Source: Podarcis gaigeae (lineage: Eukaryota). Taken from it: 64,000 nucleotides of DNA. The notes beneath the pieces are model-generated. The model ran no database searches and was not told the origin of the DNA. It saw only the letters and a list, made by a program, of their open reading frames with translations. Position numbers and translations under genes: made by a program. Location: NCBI GenBank assembly GCA_964106915.2, contig OZ066917.1; one strand, 5' to 3'. Positions 25,575 to 38,330 of the stretch are shown one piece after another. Every line of letters begins with the position of its first letter. The stretch's first letter is position 1.

Positions 25575-26066
25575 TGTCAGGGACTGGACTGAGGAGGAAT
25601 GGTGGGAGCCACCCCCTTTTTCTGAACCTTCCCAAGGGCAGGAGGAAAGTATTAATTTAGAACAGTGGTTTGCAGAAGGGCACAGTCCAGAGGAGAAAAG
25701 CTGGGAAATACTGGATGACGAACAGCTAGAAGAGGAAATGCCGAGAGAGACAGCTGGCAGGTTCAGTGTCCTTGGACAGCATTCCTGACCCCCCCCCCTT
25801 CACTCAAGACTAGATGGGCTTGGAAAGTGATAGAACAGAAAGCACAACGACAACGAGCTCAGATTACCCAATTTAGGAGTGATATAGATTAATGGGGATG
25901 GAGTGGGTGAACATTTATTGGGAACAACACCATTTTTTAAAGAGATATGCATTCCTTTGTCTCTTGCTGTGATGATTAAAGAATTTATCTGGTAAGAATG
26001 CTCTTTTCGTTTGATCTGCTTATTTACTGCCACCGGGGGAGGGATCTGATTCACTGAAGCCTGACA
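25575..26066 (+). mobile_element. Solo LTR (492 bp, Gypsy-like) with an embedded, frameshifted reading frame
   Basis: TGTCAGG...CCTGACA termini; perfect 5-bp TSD CATGG at 25570-25574 and 26067-26071; ATTAAA at 25975-25980. Confidence 0.88.
25576..25892 (+). pseudogene. LTR-embedded acidic frame with two inferred frameshifts (GA run near 25745, poly-C near 25790)
   Basis: VRDWTEEEWWEPPPFSEPSQGQEESINLEQWFAEGHSPEEKSWEILDDEQLEEEMP / RQLAGSVSLDSIPDPP / PSLKTRWAWKVIEQKAQRQRAQITQFRSDID*. Confidence 0.5.
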
Positions 26067-26887
26067 CATGGTGTGACACAACAGCAAATGCCATTGGAGA
26101 ATGTCACTATGCCCCATGACCTTTCTGCACATGTGTGTGTCTGTTCCCCCATGATTTACCCATGACAACGGCAGAAAAGAACTGTATACTACCTCAATTT
26201 TTGTGAATTTACTCCCTCCCACCTTCGCCGACTGCCTCCGCTGCAACCATCTCAACCACCTCAGTCTCTGCATCAGCACCAATACCACCGGTGTGTGCCC
26301 CTCAAGAGATTATTTTGGAGGAAATGTGGCCCTCAGCAGCAGCAATAGGTTATCCATTCTTGTTTTTAGGATTATGCTCTTTTTACTGATTCTGAGACTT
26401 CATGGAAAGACAAACGATAGAAAGTTCCTTTGTAAGAAAAGTACAAATTGAATCACCTCAATGGCTCTGAAATCTTTAACACATGACAGTGTTTATAATT
26501 GGGACAATGACGTTTGATTTCTTATTCTTAATTTGCAAGCTGTTGCAATGATAAAATGTGTCATAACAAAGGCAGGCCTCCCGGAATTTTGTACCCAGAA
26601 GAAAAAAGCTATTGCACAGACAAGATCAACATTTGAATGACATTCTGTCTGCATAAACTGCTTGCTTCTAGTGCTGGCATAAGAAACAGGTGTGTGGGGT
26701 GTCTTTCCAAAAATTCCATACACTTTAGAGCATAAGTTGGCATGGAAGATGACGCTTTGCTTTTGGGAGGCTGCAACATTTTCAGTGTGTGTTTGTGGAG
26801 TGAGAATATTATTCCAGTCTGATGCCAGATTTGTACACCACAAAATGGAATCACTGTGTCATATGTGCATTCTCTGGGTTAGGTGCC

Positions 26888-27215
26888 CCAGGCTCAGGGA
26901 ACAAGTGCAACCCTCCAAGCCTCTCTGTTTGGCCATTGAAATTCTCCTTAGGACATGCACCATCTTTCCCCAGGCCACACCCTCTCCAGCCTTGCTTAGT
27001 GTTCTCCTTGAGTGTTTTAGCCTAGCTGGAATGTGTCGTCTGTAACCCCTTTTGCTTGCCTGAATGGAAGCTACAGAGGGGTGTGACTGAGTCTAAAAGT
27101 TAGCATATTGTACACAGATAAAATGTGTATTCATTGCTTTGCCCACTTTTGCCCATGGTATGTGGCTCCCAGATGGCACTGTGGCCCCCAGTCCAAAAAA
27201 GCTTCCCCACCCCTG
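26888..27215. mobile_element. Degenerate hAT-like non-autonomous DNA element
   Basis: CAGGCTCAGGGAAC ... GTGGCCCCC...GCTTCCCCACCCCTG termini; no clear TSD. Confidence 0.4.
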
Positions 27216-27489
27216 ATGTTGGTCCTAGGTAAGTACAACATCCATTATGTGGACAAACCTAGTATATTTTCCACGGTTTGGACTGACTATGTATATAGGA
27301 ATATGAACAGAAGGAGTGGTGCTTTTTCTCTGGATAAAAATCATTAAAGTATAATGCAGTGAGATCAAATGCAAGATGTGCCTGACTGACATTATAAGAG
27401 GCGAGACAGCAAGTTAAACCTGGATTTTAGACAACAGCCATGACATTTCATGAAAAGCATGCAGCTGGAGTACTGTCTACAATTCTGGC

Positions 27490-28000
27490 TGTGTCACCCC
27501 AAAAAGAGATATTGTATTGTTAAAGGCAACCAAAGGGGATGGAGCAACTCACCTTTGAGAAAAAGTCAGAGTATTTGGGTGACGTGGTAGAAGTTTCTAA
27601 AAGTATGCATAGCATGGAGAAAGAGGATAGAGAAAAGCTTTTCTCCTGCTCTCATAACACTATAGGCAATATTGGATGACCCAGGACAGAATAAAAGAAA
27701 GTACTTATTCATGCAGCACATAGTTAAACTCTGGAACTCACCCTCACTGGCAGTGATGGCCACCAACCTAGATAAGTTTAAAAGATGGTTCATGCAAGAG
27801 AGACCTATCGACAGCAACCTGCCATGATGGCTATGCTCTGCCTTCACATTTGGAGAAAGGAAGGCTCCTGAATACCAGTCGCTGAAATCCACAGGAGTGC
27901 AGAGTACTTGTGGGTTTTCCTAAAGGTATCTGATTGGTCACTGTGAGACTAGGATGCTGGACTAGATGGGCCATTGGCCTGATCCATCAGGCTCTTCTTA
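27490..28000 (+). mobile_element. CR1 LINE 3' fragment
   Basis: GGGATGGAGCAACTC...GGACAGAATAAAAGAAAGTACTTATTCATGCAGCACATAGTTAAACTCTGGAACTC...CTAGATGGGCCATTGGCCTGATCC. Confidence 0.75.
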
Positions 28001-30359
28001 AGTTTAGTTTGTATGTGTATTTTAGTGGCTGCACCTAGGCTGGGATTTCCTTCTTTGGGAACTTTGCCCTACACTTAAGGGATGTGTAAGTGGTGCTGTG
28101 GTTAGCATTGTCTTTGTGTTCCCTTCTTTGGTTCCTCACCTGAGGGCATAAATCTTCCTTCTGCCTTAGCTCTGCCCTGCTATGAACCACCTTCTGCAGC
28201 AGACTTAGCAATATCACAAAGGCAAAGAAGAACAGAAGGGAATTTGATACAAAGGGCTGCATACATGGAATGTATTAGAAGTAGAATACTGAAATCTAAG
28301 AAATGTGGTTTGTGATTAGAGAGAGAAAAAGAGAGACAGTGCTCTGAAACATAAGACAGGCTAAAGGAATATTCAGATATACATCACCAGGATATGTATC
28401 CAAGCAGGAGATGGGGAAGCTGCAATAATTTTGTGGTTATTTATTTTTTGGCAGGAGATGCTCAATAGCTCTTGTCATACAATATGTTTCACAGTGTTTG
28501 CTTTCCCAGTGTCGTATATTTTAAATGCTTACTTCCCCCCTTCAGATGTGTTAGTCTGTCCTTCGTAAAGAACATCCATGGAGATTGTCTTTGTTTAATT
28601 CCCAAAGGATTACTGGAACAAGGCACTTAGGGCAGGGCCAGGGGGCCTGTGGCCCTCCAGATGTTGATGGACACAAAATCCCATCAGCCCCAGCCAGCAC
28701 AACCAATGGGAGTCATAGTCCAGAAACATCTGGTTTTAAGGTATCAATATAGGCCAAAAATTTAGTGGGAGAAATGCTAAAGAGGCATATAGCCTAGGAT
28801 GATCCAGACATGATCAGCTGCACTTTTACAGCAATCAGCCCATTTCCAGAACTGGACTGTGAAGCATACCAGTAAATTGAATGCTGGCTGAAGTGGGGAG
28901 TCCTGCCAATCTGCACTTCTCTGGCACATACTACAGCTTCCTTTTCTACATGCCCTCAGCTCCTCCTCCTCTTCAAGGTGGACAATGGTGCTACTTCAAC
29001 CTTTGACTGGGGCCAGATTGGCCTCTTCCACCCAACGCAGAATGTAGACGTGTGGGGGGAAATGTCAGCATAGATCAGCTGAATTATGGCACCAGTGAAG
29101 GGATCACATATCCAAATAATCCTAGGGAGGAACATTTGGTTGTATCGTAACTTCTTTGTGGGAAGAAAAGTGGAGAAGGAAGGGAACACTTGACCTTGTG
29201 GTCTGCTCTGTAACACTTCAGAAAAACACTCTGTTTTGGGCGTTCTTCATGCTCCTTTCTGAGCATGGCAAATAGAGGTTCTTGTCTCTCTCTGAGGTAA
29301 ACATGAACATTCTCGATTGGGGAGGGATGAAGGAGGCTGAGTTATGGCTGGAGAAGATTAAAGGTAGAGAAGAGAAGAAGAGCTGAGAGAAGGCTAAGAA
29401 AAGGACTCTGCCTAGATTCCAATAGCCAGAAAAAGGATTGCTTCTGCTCGTATCTGCTTGTTTCCTTGTATGTAGTCAGCCTGAAGAGGACAAAATGGAT
29501 CCTGGAGGAGAAGATGACACATTCCATAGGTCTATTCTCCATTCTTCCTATGAATAGCATATTCTTGCATCCTGCAAACCTTTTCAACTATAACAAACCC
29601 TTACAACTGAAATCAAGCTTCAGAAGAACACATTCTAATATATGAGATATTTTTCTCCCACCGGGGTCAATGTCACTTCAAGCATACTAAAACCAGACAT
29701 GTCCAATTAGTACCCTCTGCACACACACATAAACAAACACACTTTTCTGACTACTAACATTGGGGAAGAGTAACTCTAGGCATCTTACACAAAATTCCTT
29801 GATTGTATTGAAATGGGGCTTGGTGGTTTAAAATCCTATAAGTTCTGGATTCCCTTATCCCACCCAGCCACAAAAGATGCAGGGAAAAAGGTAAACAAGG
29901 AAGGTACTTTCACAAGAGGCATTCATACCAAATAAATGTTATTATGGGAAAGTGGCAATTAGGATTCCCTTAATTATCTGTCATTTTGTATTTATCATCG
30001 TAATGTTTGGTTTACAATGCTTTATTAAATCTGGCTTGATGACAAACAGTCTGCTGGCAGTGTATCCTGCTGTGTAACATATGGTGTTACACCTAATGAA
30101 TATTAATGCTCTGAAGTACAAATGGTCTTTAGGGACCCTCACTGATGGCTGGGAAACTCCAGCAGATTGCCATTATTATGCAGGAAGGTTGCTTCTCACC
30201 AGTCTAGTTCAGAGCTGCTGGTGGCTTTTTGCCTGCCAATTTGTTTTGTGTGACTATCACTGGTGCGGCTAAATAAATAAATAAATAAATAATCAGTCAA
30301 TCAATCAAGCTGGCAGATCCTAGGGCTCATAGTTTAGTATGGGCAAGAAAAGCCAGAAG

Positions 30360-30545
30360 TAAGTCATAGCTCAGTGGTAGACCCCTGTGTTTTGAATGCA
30401 GATTATCCAAAGGTTTGGTCTTTTCCATCTTTTGGGCTGGGAGAGATCTCTGTCAAAATACCTGGAGATCAACTCCTGGCCAATTTACATAGTGCTAAGC
30501 ATTGATCACCACTGGTCTAAGGCAGCTTCCTTTCTTCCTGTATGG
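30360..30545 (+). mobile_element. Decayed tRNA-derived SINE
   Basis: CATAGCTCAGTGGTAGA A-box head; AAGGCAGCTTCCT tail. Confidence 0.55.
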
Positions 30546-30933
30546 GAACCAAGCAGACCAGATACCTTCAAAATACAAGTGCCAGCTATGTGGCCTGCAT
30601 GACCCATACAAGTCCTGTGTTTGCTACAATCAAAGGTATGGGTAGGCAAAGCTCAGCAATGGATCAGTGAGTGATGGAGCTGCAGATTCTAAACATGCAA
30701 CTGAGATAGAGATATGATGGTTAGGAGGGCTTCCCTACCCTTTGAACCTATGCTTTTCTGGTACCAAATCTTGTGGTTTGCTTTGTTAATAACATATTTT
30801 TATGCTTTGGCCATTATTGATTTGTTTAAAGCAATCTCGAATGCTTATCAGTAGAGGAGTTGGGCAGAAAATATCTTCAATAGGTATTTCCATCTGATTA
30901 GGTATGGTGGCACACCTTAACAATACTAGTAAC

Positions 30934-31383
30934 GTTGGGGATAATTCAGACTGAAATTCCCAGGTGTCAAAAATGGTTATTTATGTATGCCACTATTGTG
31001 GCCCATGTTTTGTTAGCCCCCAAATGGAAAACAAGCGAGGTCCCAACCAAAGAAGAATGACAACTTAAATTGACAGAATACGCACAGCTTGCAGATTTAA
31101 CATATAGAATAAGAGAAGAAAAAGAACATATGTTTAGAGAAGTTTGGAAAACATTTATTGAATATATGTGAAATAACTGTACAGCTGAAAACGCTGACAG
31201 CATTAAGTTAAATTCAACAGTGTAAACAAGTTTTGATGGATGTAATAATGGATTACTGAATGGGATAATTTTTGTAAAACATTCAGGAATTTATGATATG
31301 CAAAATAAACCACCCTTGTATCTTAAGAATGTAAAAATGAGTACTTTACATTGTAAAACAGAAAAAAAATTAATTAATATATA
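30934..31383 (+). mobile_element. 5'-truncated L1-clade LINE (ORF2 C-terminus plus 3' UTR)
   Basis: From 30935: LGIIQTEIPRCQKWLFMYATIVAHVLLAPKWKTSEVPTKEE*QLKLTEYAQLADLT...VWKTFIEYM*; 16-bp TSD TAACAATACTAGTAAC at 30918-30933 and 31384-31399. Confidence 0.85.
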
Positions 31384-31399
31384 TAACAATACTAGTAAC

Positions 31400-31567
31400 C
31401 AGTGATTTTTTTTCTTTAGAAAAATGTTTAGGGGTACTCTCATTTTGACTCAAGAAAATCACCATTTTATAGTTCAAATCAGGAAAAATAAGTACACTAA
31501 ATGGACAAAAGCACAAAATTCACAAAATATTTAGGGATATGTGTCCCCCCCCCCGAAAAAAGCACTG
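31400..31567. mobile_element. hAT-type MITE
   Basis: CAGTGATTTTT...AAAAAGCACTG; 8-bp TSD CTAGTAAC/CTATTAAC. Confidence 0.8.
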
Positions 31568-31583
31568 CTATTAACACACATAA

Positions 31584-31744
31584 TTTTGTTGTTGTTGTTT
31601 AGTCATTTAGTCGTGTCCGACTCTTCGTGACCCCATGGACCAGGCACTTCTGTCTTCCATTGCCTCCCGCAGTTTAGTCAAACTCATGCTGGTAGCTTCG
31701 AGAAGACTATCCAACCATCTCATCCTCTGTCGTCCCCTTCTCCC
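31584..31744 (-). mobile_element. Short 5'-truncated RTE/BovB insertion
   Basis: Translation RRGRQRMRWLDSLLEATSMSLTKLREAMEDRSAW; (CAA)n tail; TSD ACACACATAA at 31574-31583 and 31745-31754. Confidence 0.85.
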
Positions 31745-32446
31745 ACACACATAAACACACACATATCCTGGATCCTTCTGTAGCTGTTTCAGGGTCTCCC
31801 CCAACTCTACAATTCTATGATTCCACAAGTCCATGTTGCTTGCTAAGTCTGTAGCCGTTCTTCATAATAAAATCATGCCAACTAGCGAGTCTATTTCCAG
31901 TGATTCATTCCCTCCCTCCCTACCGTGCCCTTTGTACCTCAAAGAAACGTGATGTATAAGTCTTGCTGAAATGCTGCTAGTCACCTTCCAAACTTTTATA
32001 GCTAAATTCTGAACCTAAACAAGTATTCCTTCACTCATACATACCCTCTGCTGCCCTGTGTCTTGGAGGGGAATTTGTGAAGAAACATTCACAAAGATTT
32101 TCTTGCAGCGGTGTACACTGCTTCTGCTGTATAAAGTGAGACCCCTGATTTTCACCAATCCCTTTACCTACTTCAGCCCTCTGTGTGATATCCCATATAG
32201 TTCCAGAGGCCCCCAATTTATTACATGTTTTACAAATGGAAGTTAAGAACTCTGTAGCTGTTAATAAGGGACTAAGATCAGGACTGAATGTAATTGGATT
32301 AAACAAGATTTTTGAAGCAGGAAGAAATAAGAACTTTGCACACAAAGTCACACAAATTTTATAATTGGCTTTATAATTGATATATATTTTGATATGAATT
32401 GTAATTTGACATTGATAAAATGTGGCTGTTATTGGATTTTAGAAAT

Positions 32447-32447
32447 T

Positions 32448-32490
<43 letters not shown>
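32447..32490. repeat. Compound (TA)n(GA)n microsatellite
   Basis: Direct reading. Confidence 0.95.
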
Positions 32491-33695
32491 GGCCCCAACA
32501 CTCAGGAGCAGATTTGGGGAGGTAGGCAGCAATAAAGAAGCAAGAATCATCACTGAATACAGCCCTATTGCTATAGCTATCTATCTGCAAATAGTCTGTG
32601 CAAAATCTCTTCACAATGCATTTACAAATGAGTCACCTCTAAAATAAACTAGATCTGAAGCTTGGCCTAGAGATCAAAATATCTACAGCTCATGAGCTCT
32701 TCCACAGGTCAGGCATTGTTCCCTATTGACATTAGTAATTATTTCACCCCTATTTTATTTAAAGGTACTTTTCCACACGAGGAATTATCATCCTGACAGC
32801 TCCTGCAAAAATCAATGCTGATTAACTGTATGAATTCCAGTAAGAAACTCCCATAAAAAATTAACTTATGCTATTTTGCTATCGCAGCAACAAACCAAAC
32901 ATATTGATTGCTGTAGGCAAGACCCGATATCTCCCCTCACACACTTACCTGCGCACACTCACTCACACATGCCTGGCTTCCTAAACAGTTGCAATCTCCA
33001 GCAAACATCTGAGGAACTAATTAAATGACAAATTAGAGCAATCTATTTATTCTTGGAGAGACAGCAAATAGTGTCATATCTATTAAGATATCAGGACCAG
33101 AGGGAAGCACAAATGAAAAGGGATAAAGCAGAAGGATTTCCTTTTTGGTACATGTTTGTGGTCTTTCATTTGAAAATTATTGCCTACATCGCCAGTGCAT
33201 ATGTGGTATGATCTAACAATCCAAGGAGAACAAGGGAAATGATAATGGAATTAGCTTTTGTACAGAAGCATTCTCAGTTATAATTCCAAGCTGCAAATCC
33301 TTGGCAAGGCCTTGAGATCCGAGCTTAAAAGTTGTCCTGCCTCGGTTCTTTGGTTCTTAGTACTGTTATGCACCTCTGCCATTTGGCAGGCGCCTTTCCC
33401 AACTGAGTACATGCTCTCATTAAGCTCAAAGCCAAATTGGCTGTCGTCCTTTTGTTTTCCCATTCATATACTAACACCATCAATAATGCAAGTAAAAGTC
33501 ATATGAAGGAAGACTCCACATCCAGTATTTAAAATACGATTAGGCGTGTCATGGACACAAGCTGAACACCTAATTAATGAACTGTTCACGTATTGGCTAA
33601 AGAGCAGAACAATGTGGGGAAAGAATAAATATTTTTTCAACAACAAAGCAAATATAAATTCTAAATTACTAATTGGAATAGCTCAGTCAGCTCTG

Positions 33696-33828
33696 GGATA
33701 GCTCAGTTGGTAGAGCATGAGACTCTTAATCTCAGGTTGTGGGTTCAAGCCTTACATTGGGCAAAAGATTCCGGCATCGATTAGATGATCCTTGTGATCC
33801 CTTCCAACTCTGCAATTCTATGATTCTA
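33696..33828 (+). mobile_element. SINE with a tRNA-Lys(CTT)-like head and CR1-type tail
   Basis: GGGATAGCTCAGTTGGTAGAGCATGAGACTCTTAATCTCAGGTTGTGGGTTCAAGCC then CCCTTCCAACTCTGCAATTCTATGATTCTA. Confidence 0.8.
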
Positions 33829-34897
33829 AATCTCATCAAAGCTAGCTGGAGGCATATGTAGGTGGACTAACCAAACCATAGAGAATATTGAGATTCCTGG
33901 ACAGGCCTTCCCTACAGCCCCATTTCTGTCTCTTGCTTCCCTTGTTAGGGCTCCCCATGAAAGCTTTGGTTTCTTTGCTACTCTTTATAATCCATATACG
34001 AGAGTTAAGTTATCCATTAAAGAGCAGATCCACACAGTGCATTTTAATACAGTTCATTAATTCTACTGCATGGGGAATGAACTTATAAAGACTGCAGATT
34101 GCTGTTAGATTGGAAGGGGTGCAAGGAGAATTTAAAATAATTTACCATATTGTTCCTTCAGTTCTGCCACTTGGCCTGCAATATGTACTGAGTTATTGAA
34201 ACAACTAACAGAACGATCAAGCCACTGCAGGACTGTTATATATGAACTTGTTCATAAGTGGGCCTAAGTAGCACACTGTCATTAAAATGAACAAATCTGA
34301 CTCTGCCATTCAGTCTTCCTGGGCTCATGTCTAAAGGAGCACTACAAATGATGGGCAGTCCTTTTATTGCTGCACCATATGGAAGAGGGGCTCTTTGCTC
34401 TACCCCAGTAGCAGTTGTGGAGTGTTTGAAACCTACAAAAGCTTTGTAAGACATGTATTATTCTCTCCATATTTTTGGGAGACAAAGGGGTAATGCTAGG
34501 AGCTGACACCTTGATTGAGACTGTTGAGATTTACATTGAGGCTAACTTGACAGAAGGCTTCCCACAGCTTCTAGATCATGTTCTTAGCCACATCTGTTCT
34601 CAGTATCACCATAGAACATTTCAGGCATATGCTCTACATGGGCAGTAAATGTGGGAGCACGTAGTGCTTCCAGAAGCATGGATTAGAAGCATGAGTCAGG
34701 TCAGTGAAGAGTTGTGCCTTCTGTATTGTGGGCCTAACTCCATGGACCTCCTTCTCATAAGAAGTTAACTTGGTCATGTTTATATATCATTACAATATCC
34801 CAAGGGAAAAGTGATCAACCAGGCTTTTGGAGAAGATTTCAGACATAAAACACATACTCCTTTGCATGTGAATGGCTATTGCTTGCCTGGATAGAGG

Positions 34898-34929
<32 letters not shown>
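34898..34929. repeat. (TG)n microsatellite
   Basis: Direct reading. Confidence 0.95.
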
Positions 34930-34931
<2 letters not shown>

Positions 34932-35018
34932 CAATTGGACTACTGTACAAAGGTAAAATACATACTCATTGCTCCACCCAGTCTGGCCTCTTCCCCCCGC
35001 CGACCATTGGCATGTGAC

Positions 35019-35287
35019 TACAGTTGCCATACACCCAAAATTTCCTGGACATAGCCGACAACTGGCCATTGGAAACAGTGTCTGGACAGAAATCAGGAAA
35101 ATCTGGACATAGGGCAACCCATGCTGGCAGTGTTGCATTTGGCGATTTCCCTTATAAATAGCTCAAAAACTTCAATGTTTTTCAACAATCTTGCCCCCCC
35201 CATAAAGCTTAACAACTTTGCCCCTCTCCCCAAAAGCTCAATAACTTTTGTGTCTGGATTTTCACTTTTTAAAATATGGGAATGCTA
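35019..35287. mobile_element. hAT-type MITE (TAGGGTTGCCA-like TIRs, decayed)
   Basis: Perfect 8-bp TSD CATGTGAC at 35011-35018 and 35288-35295; termini TACAGTTGCCATA/TATGGGAATGCTA; internal AAAGCTCAACAACTTT-like repeats shared with 60004-60240. Confidence 0.8.
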
Positions 35288-36291
35288 CATGTGACCCTCC
35301 CCAAAGGTTTCCCTGAAGGGAATGTTCCCCTTGGGCTGATAAAGGTCCCCCCCCCCCCCCAAGGATTGTGCTCAAACTACTTTTCTGTTTTATAGTAGTG
35401 CTACACCTCTGGGAGTACCTCTGACAACATTACTTTGCTTAGAAATTAATGGTAATCTACAATAACCTTCCTCAACCTGGTGCCCTCCAGATGCATGTGC
35501 TGGCAGGGGTTGATTGGAGTTGTAGCGAAAAACCTCTAAAGGACACAAAGTTATGGAAGGCTTATCAAAAGTAAGAGAATGACAGCGGTGACCAGTTTTC
35601 CCCACCTCTTAGCTGAGTATAAGAAGGATAATCTATGCATGCTGTTGATCTAAAAGGAGCTAAAACATAAATTGTTATTACTATGCAAAGGGGGTTGGAC
35701 AGCTTGATGATTGTTTCATCTAAATAATTCCAGGAGCTCTAACGATAATGGAAGAAATGTCCTCAACCCAATTGCAAAGTCAAAATTGTGTTAGTGCTGA
35801 TTACTTGCTTACAGGTTCCTACACAGCTGAAATATAAGGAATTCACTATACTGAACAAATTCAATATCTAATTCAATTAACTTACATTCTCCGTGATTGA
35901 ATAATGGAACAAGGTGTAAAGAAAACTGAAGGGTGAAGATATTATATTAATAATTATATATTGAAACTGTGAATCACACCCAAACTGTTATATTCTTATA
36001 GATGTATCTATAATAATAATAAAAATCTATGAGATATATTTTATATTGCCAGTACTTATGCCTATATCCAGAGAATAAAACTAAAAATGTAACCTTAAAT
36101 TTTACAGTCTTTTTAATAGTGGAAGAATAATGGTTAAAAGTTGCAAGGTGCATGAAAAAGCTTGTGATGGAGGTTACTGTAAGAATCATTGTCCTCAATC
36201 CAAAAATAAGTTAAGGAAGTTCACAGCTATCTGCACCTCTAAAAATTGTCTGTGAATGTAAGCAGTCCTTCTTAACAATGGGAGATGCCTA

Positions 36292-36420
36292 CAGTGCTTT
36301 TTTTTCTGGGGGTACTCAGGGGTATGTAGTACCGGCACCATTTCCCTGCCAGATGTTAAAAGTGTGGCACTTACTGTAAAAACTTCATGGTGACACACTT
36401 TTTTCTATATATAAAAAGAT
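36292..36420. mobile_element. Truncated MITE related to 31400-31567
   Basis: Starts CAGTGCTTTTTTTTCTGGGGGTACTC; right end unclear. Confidence 0.45.
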
Positions 36421-37454
36421 GGGACTTGGGGTGCGAGAATGGATAATTACCCAAAATCAAGGGTGTGTGTCAGCAGGAAGCAGAGACAGGACTAGAAATT
36501 TTCCTTCTGTAAACTTCCTTAAGTTAACTTATCTTGGAATCCAGCACATTATTGACAAGGGAAACACTAGAGATGGGCAGAGAAGTTATTGACTGACTAA
36601 ATATGGCTTGTAACATCGTCAAGATGATGTCAGCTCAAATATTTATACAAGGTAACAGTAAATACTAGGGGTATGTACATATGGGGTACAAGGTCCACTT
36701 TTTTCTGTATCTGCATTAAAATATGCAGATCTCTTTCTGAGTCACTCTGTGTTCTCTGCAATTCAGGTTCTGAACCAGTCTGTTGAAAACAAAGCCCTGT
36801 GTTCCCCATTTGCCATAATGGGGAATCTAAATATGGCTATAACTTCCCCTGCTTTTGGCCCACATAGATGACATTTACAGGCACAGGAGCCTCTCCAGAG
36901 TAGGTTGTGCCTGCCAAATTGCAGATGAATAGGTCCAGGGCCTTTTTGTTAGGGACAGTAAAAGGGATTCATTTTCCTTCATAATCTGTTATGGAGGAGG
37001 GGAGCAGGAGGTTGCTTTTCTCTCACATGTTCAGGAAACCTTTCGTGGTTTTGTGTGTAAGGGGCTTGTATGAAATTTTGATGCAGAATTAATCTTTCAT
37101 GTTTCAAGACACAGTTGTAAAATTAATCCCTGAACAGAATGTTCTTATTATCCATGTATGTTGGACAATGAATATATCAAGTTTCAGTTTTTGTGTGTGT
37201 TGTGGAAGTACAATTTTCATGTTCTTCTCAGTGTGGACTATTTATTGTAATCCTATTTAGTTTAAACTATGTCCAGGCTTTATTGAGCATTTGTTCTGAT
37301 TTGTTTGGAAGTTGGACAACGAGCATCAATTGCGATTTGCTTACAGGGTGTTTATACTTCTTCCTTTTAATCATTCATTCACCCTACACTTTCCAGGGCA
37401 TTTCCCTGTCACCTTCCTGTAGCCCTCCAGATGTTGCTAGACTACAACTCCCAA

Positions 37455-38330
37455 CAACACAGAATCATAGAACTGTAGAGGCCAGGAATCTTAACTAAAA
37501 CATCCATGACAGATGGCCATCCAACCTCTGCTTAAAAACATCCAATGAAGGAGAGTCCGCCACCTCCCAAGGGAGTCTGTTCCACTGTCAAACAGCTCAA
37601 TATCAGAATTTTTAGTCGGAATCTCCTTCCTTGTAGGTTGAAAGCCATTGGTTTCTAGTCCTACCTTTCATAGCAGGAAAAAACATGCTTGCTCCATCTT
37701 CCATGTGACAGCCTTTTAGATATTTGAAGATGGCTATCATATGTCCAAGGGACGTGGGTGGCGCTGTGGGTAAAAGCTCAGTGCCTAGGGCTTGCCGATC
37801 GCATGGTCGGCGGTTCGAATCCCCACGGTGGGGTGAGCTCCTGTCATTCGGTCCCAGCTCCTGCCCACCTAGCAGTTCAAAAGCACCCCCAAGTGCAAGT
37901 AGATAAATAGGTACCGCTTTATAGCGGGAAGGTAAACGGCATTTCCGTGTGCTGTGCTGGTGCTGGCTTGCCAGAGCAGCTTCGTCCCGCTGGCCACGTG
38001 ACCCGGAAGTGTCTTCGGACCGCGCTGACTCCCGGCCTCTTACCTTTACCTTTTTATCATATCTCCTCTCATTCTCCTCTTATCCAGGGTAAACACACCT
38101 AACTCCTTCAATCATTCTTTATAAGGCTTTGTTTCCAGAGAGTTGATTATCTTGCTCGCCCTCCTCTGCACATGTTCCAGCTCATCACTATCCTTCTTGA
38201 ATTGTGGTGTCCAGAATGGGACACAGTATTCCAGATGTGGACTGACCAAGGCATAATATATTTGTACTTTACTTCCCTTGAGTGCGACAGTATACTTCTG
38301 TTGATGCAGCCTAGAATAGCATTAGATTTG
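37455..38330 (-). mobile_element. CR1 LINE fragment (ORF2 C-terminus and 3' tail), interrupted by a SINE
   Basis: Minus-strand SKSNAILGCINRSILSHSREV is a CR1 ORF2 signature; AGAATCATAGAA tail at about 37461. Confidence 0.85.
37747..38054 (+). mobile_element. Sauria-type SINE with a 3' internal deletion, nested in CR1
   Basis: GGGACGTGGGTGGCGCTG head; TACCTTTACCTTT tail; TSD TATCATAT(G/C)TCC. Confidence 0.9.

Noticed and set aside
25173-25592. 139-aa plus-strand ORF next to the 25575 LTR
   Set aside because: No gag/pol similarity that I can see, and the LTR's perfect TSD shows the flank is host DNA, not internal retroelement sequence
33696-33768. Possible functional tRNA-Lys(CTT) gene
   Set aside because: T and acceptor stems are degraded, there is no oligo-T terminator, and it runs directly into a CR1-type tail, so it is a SINE
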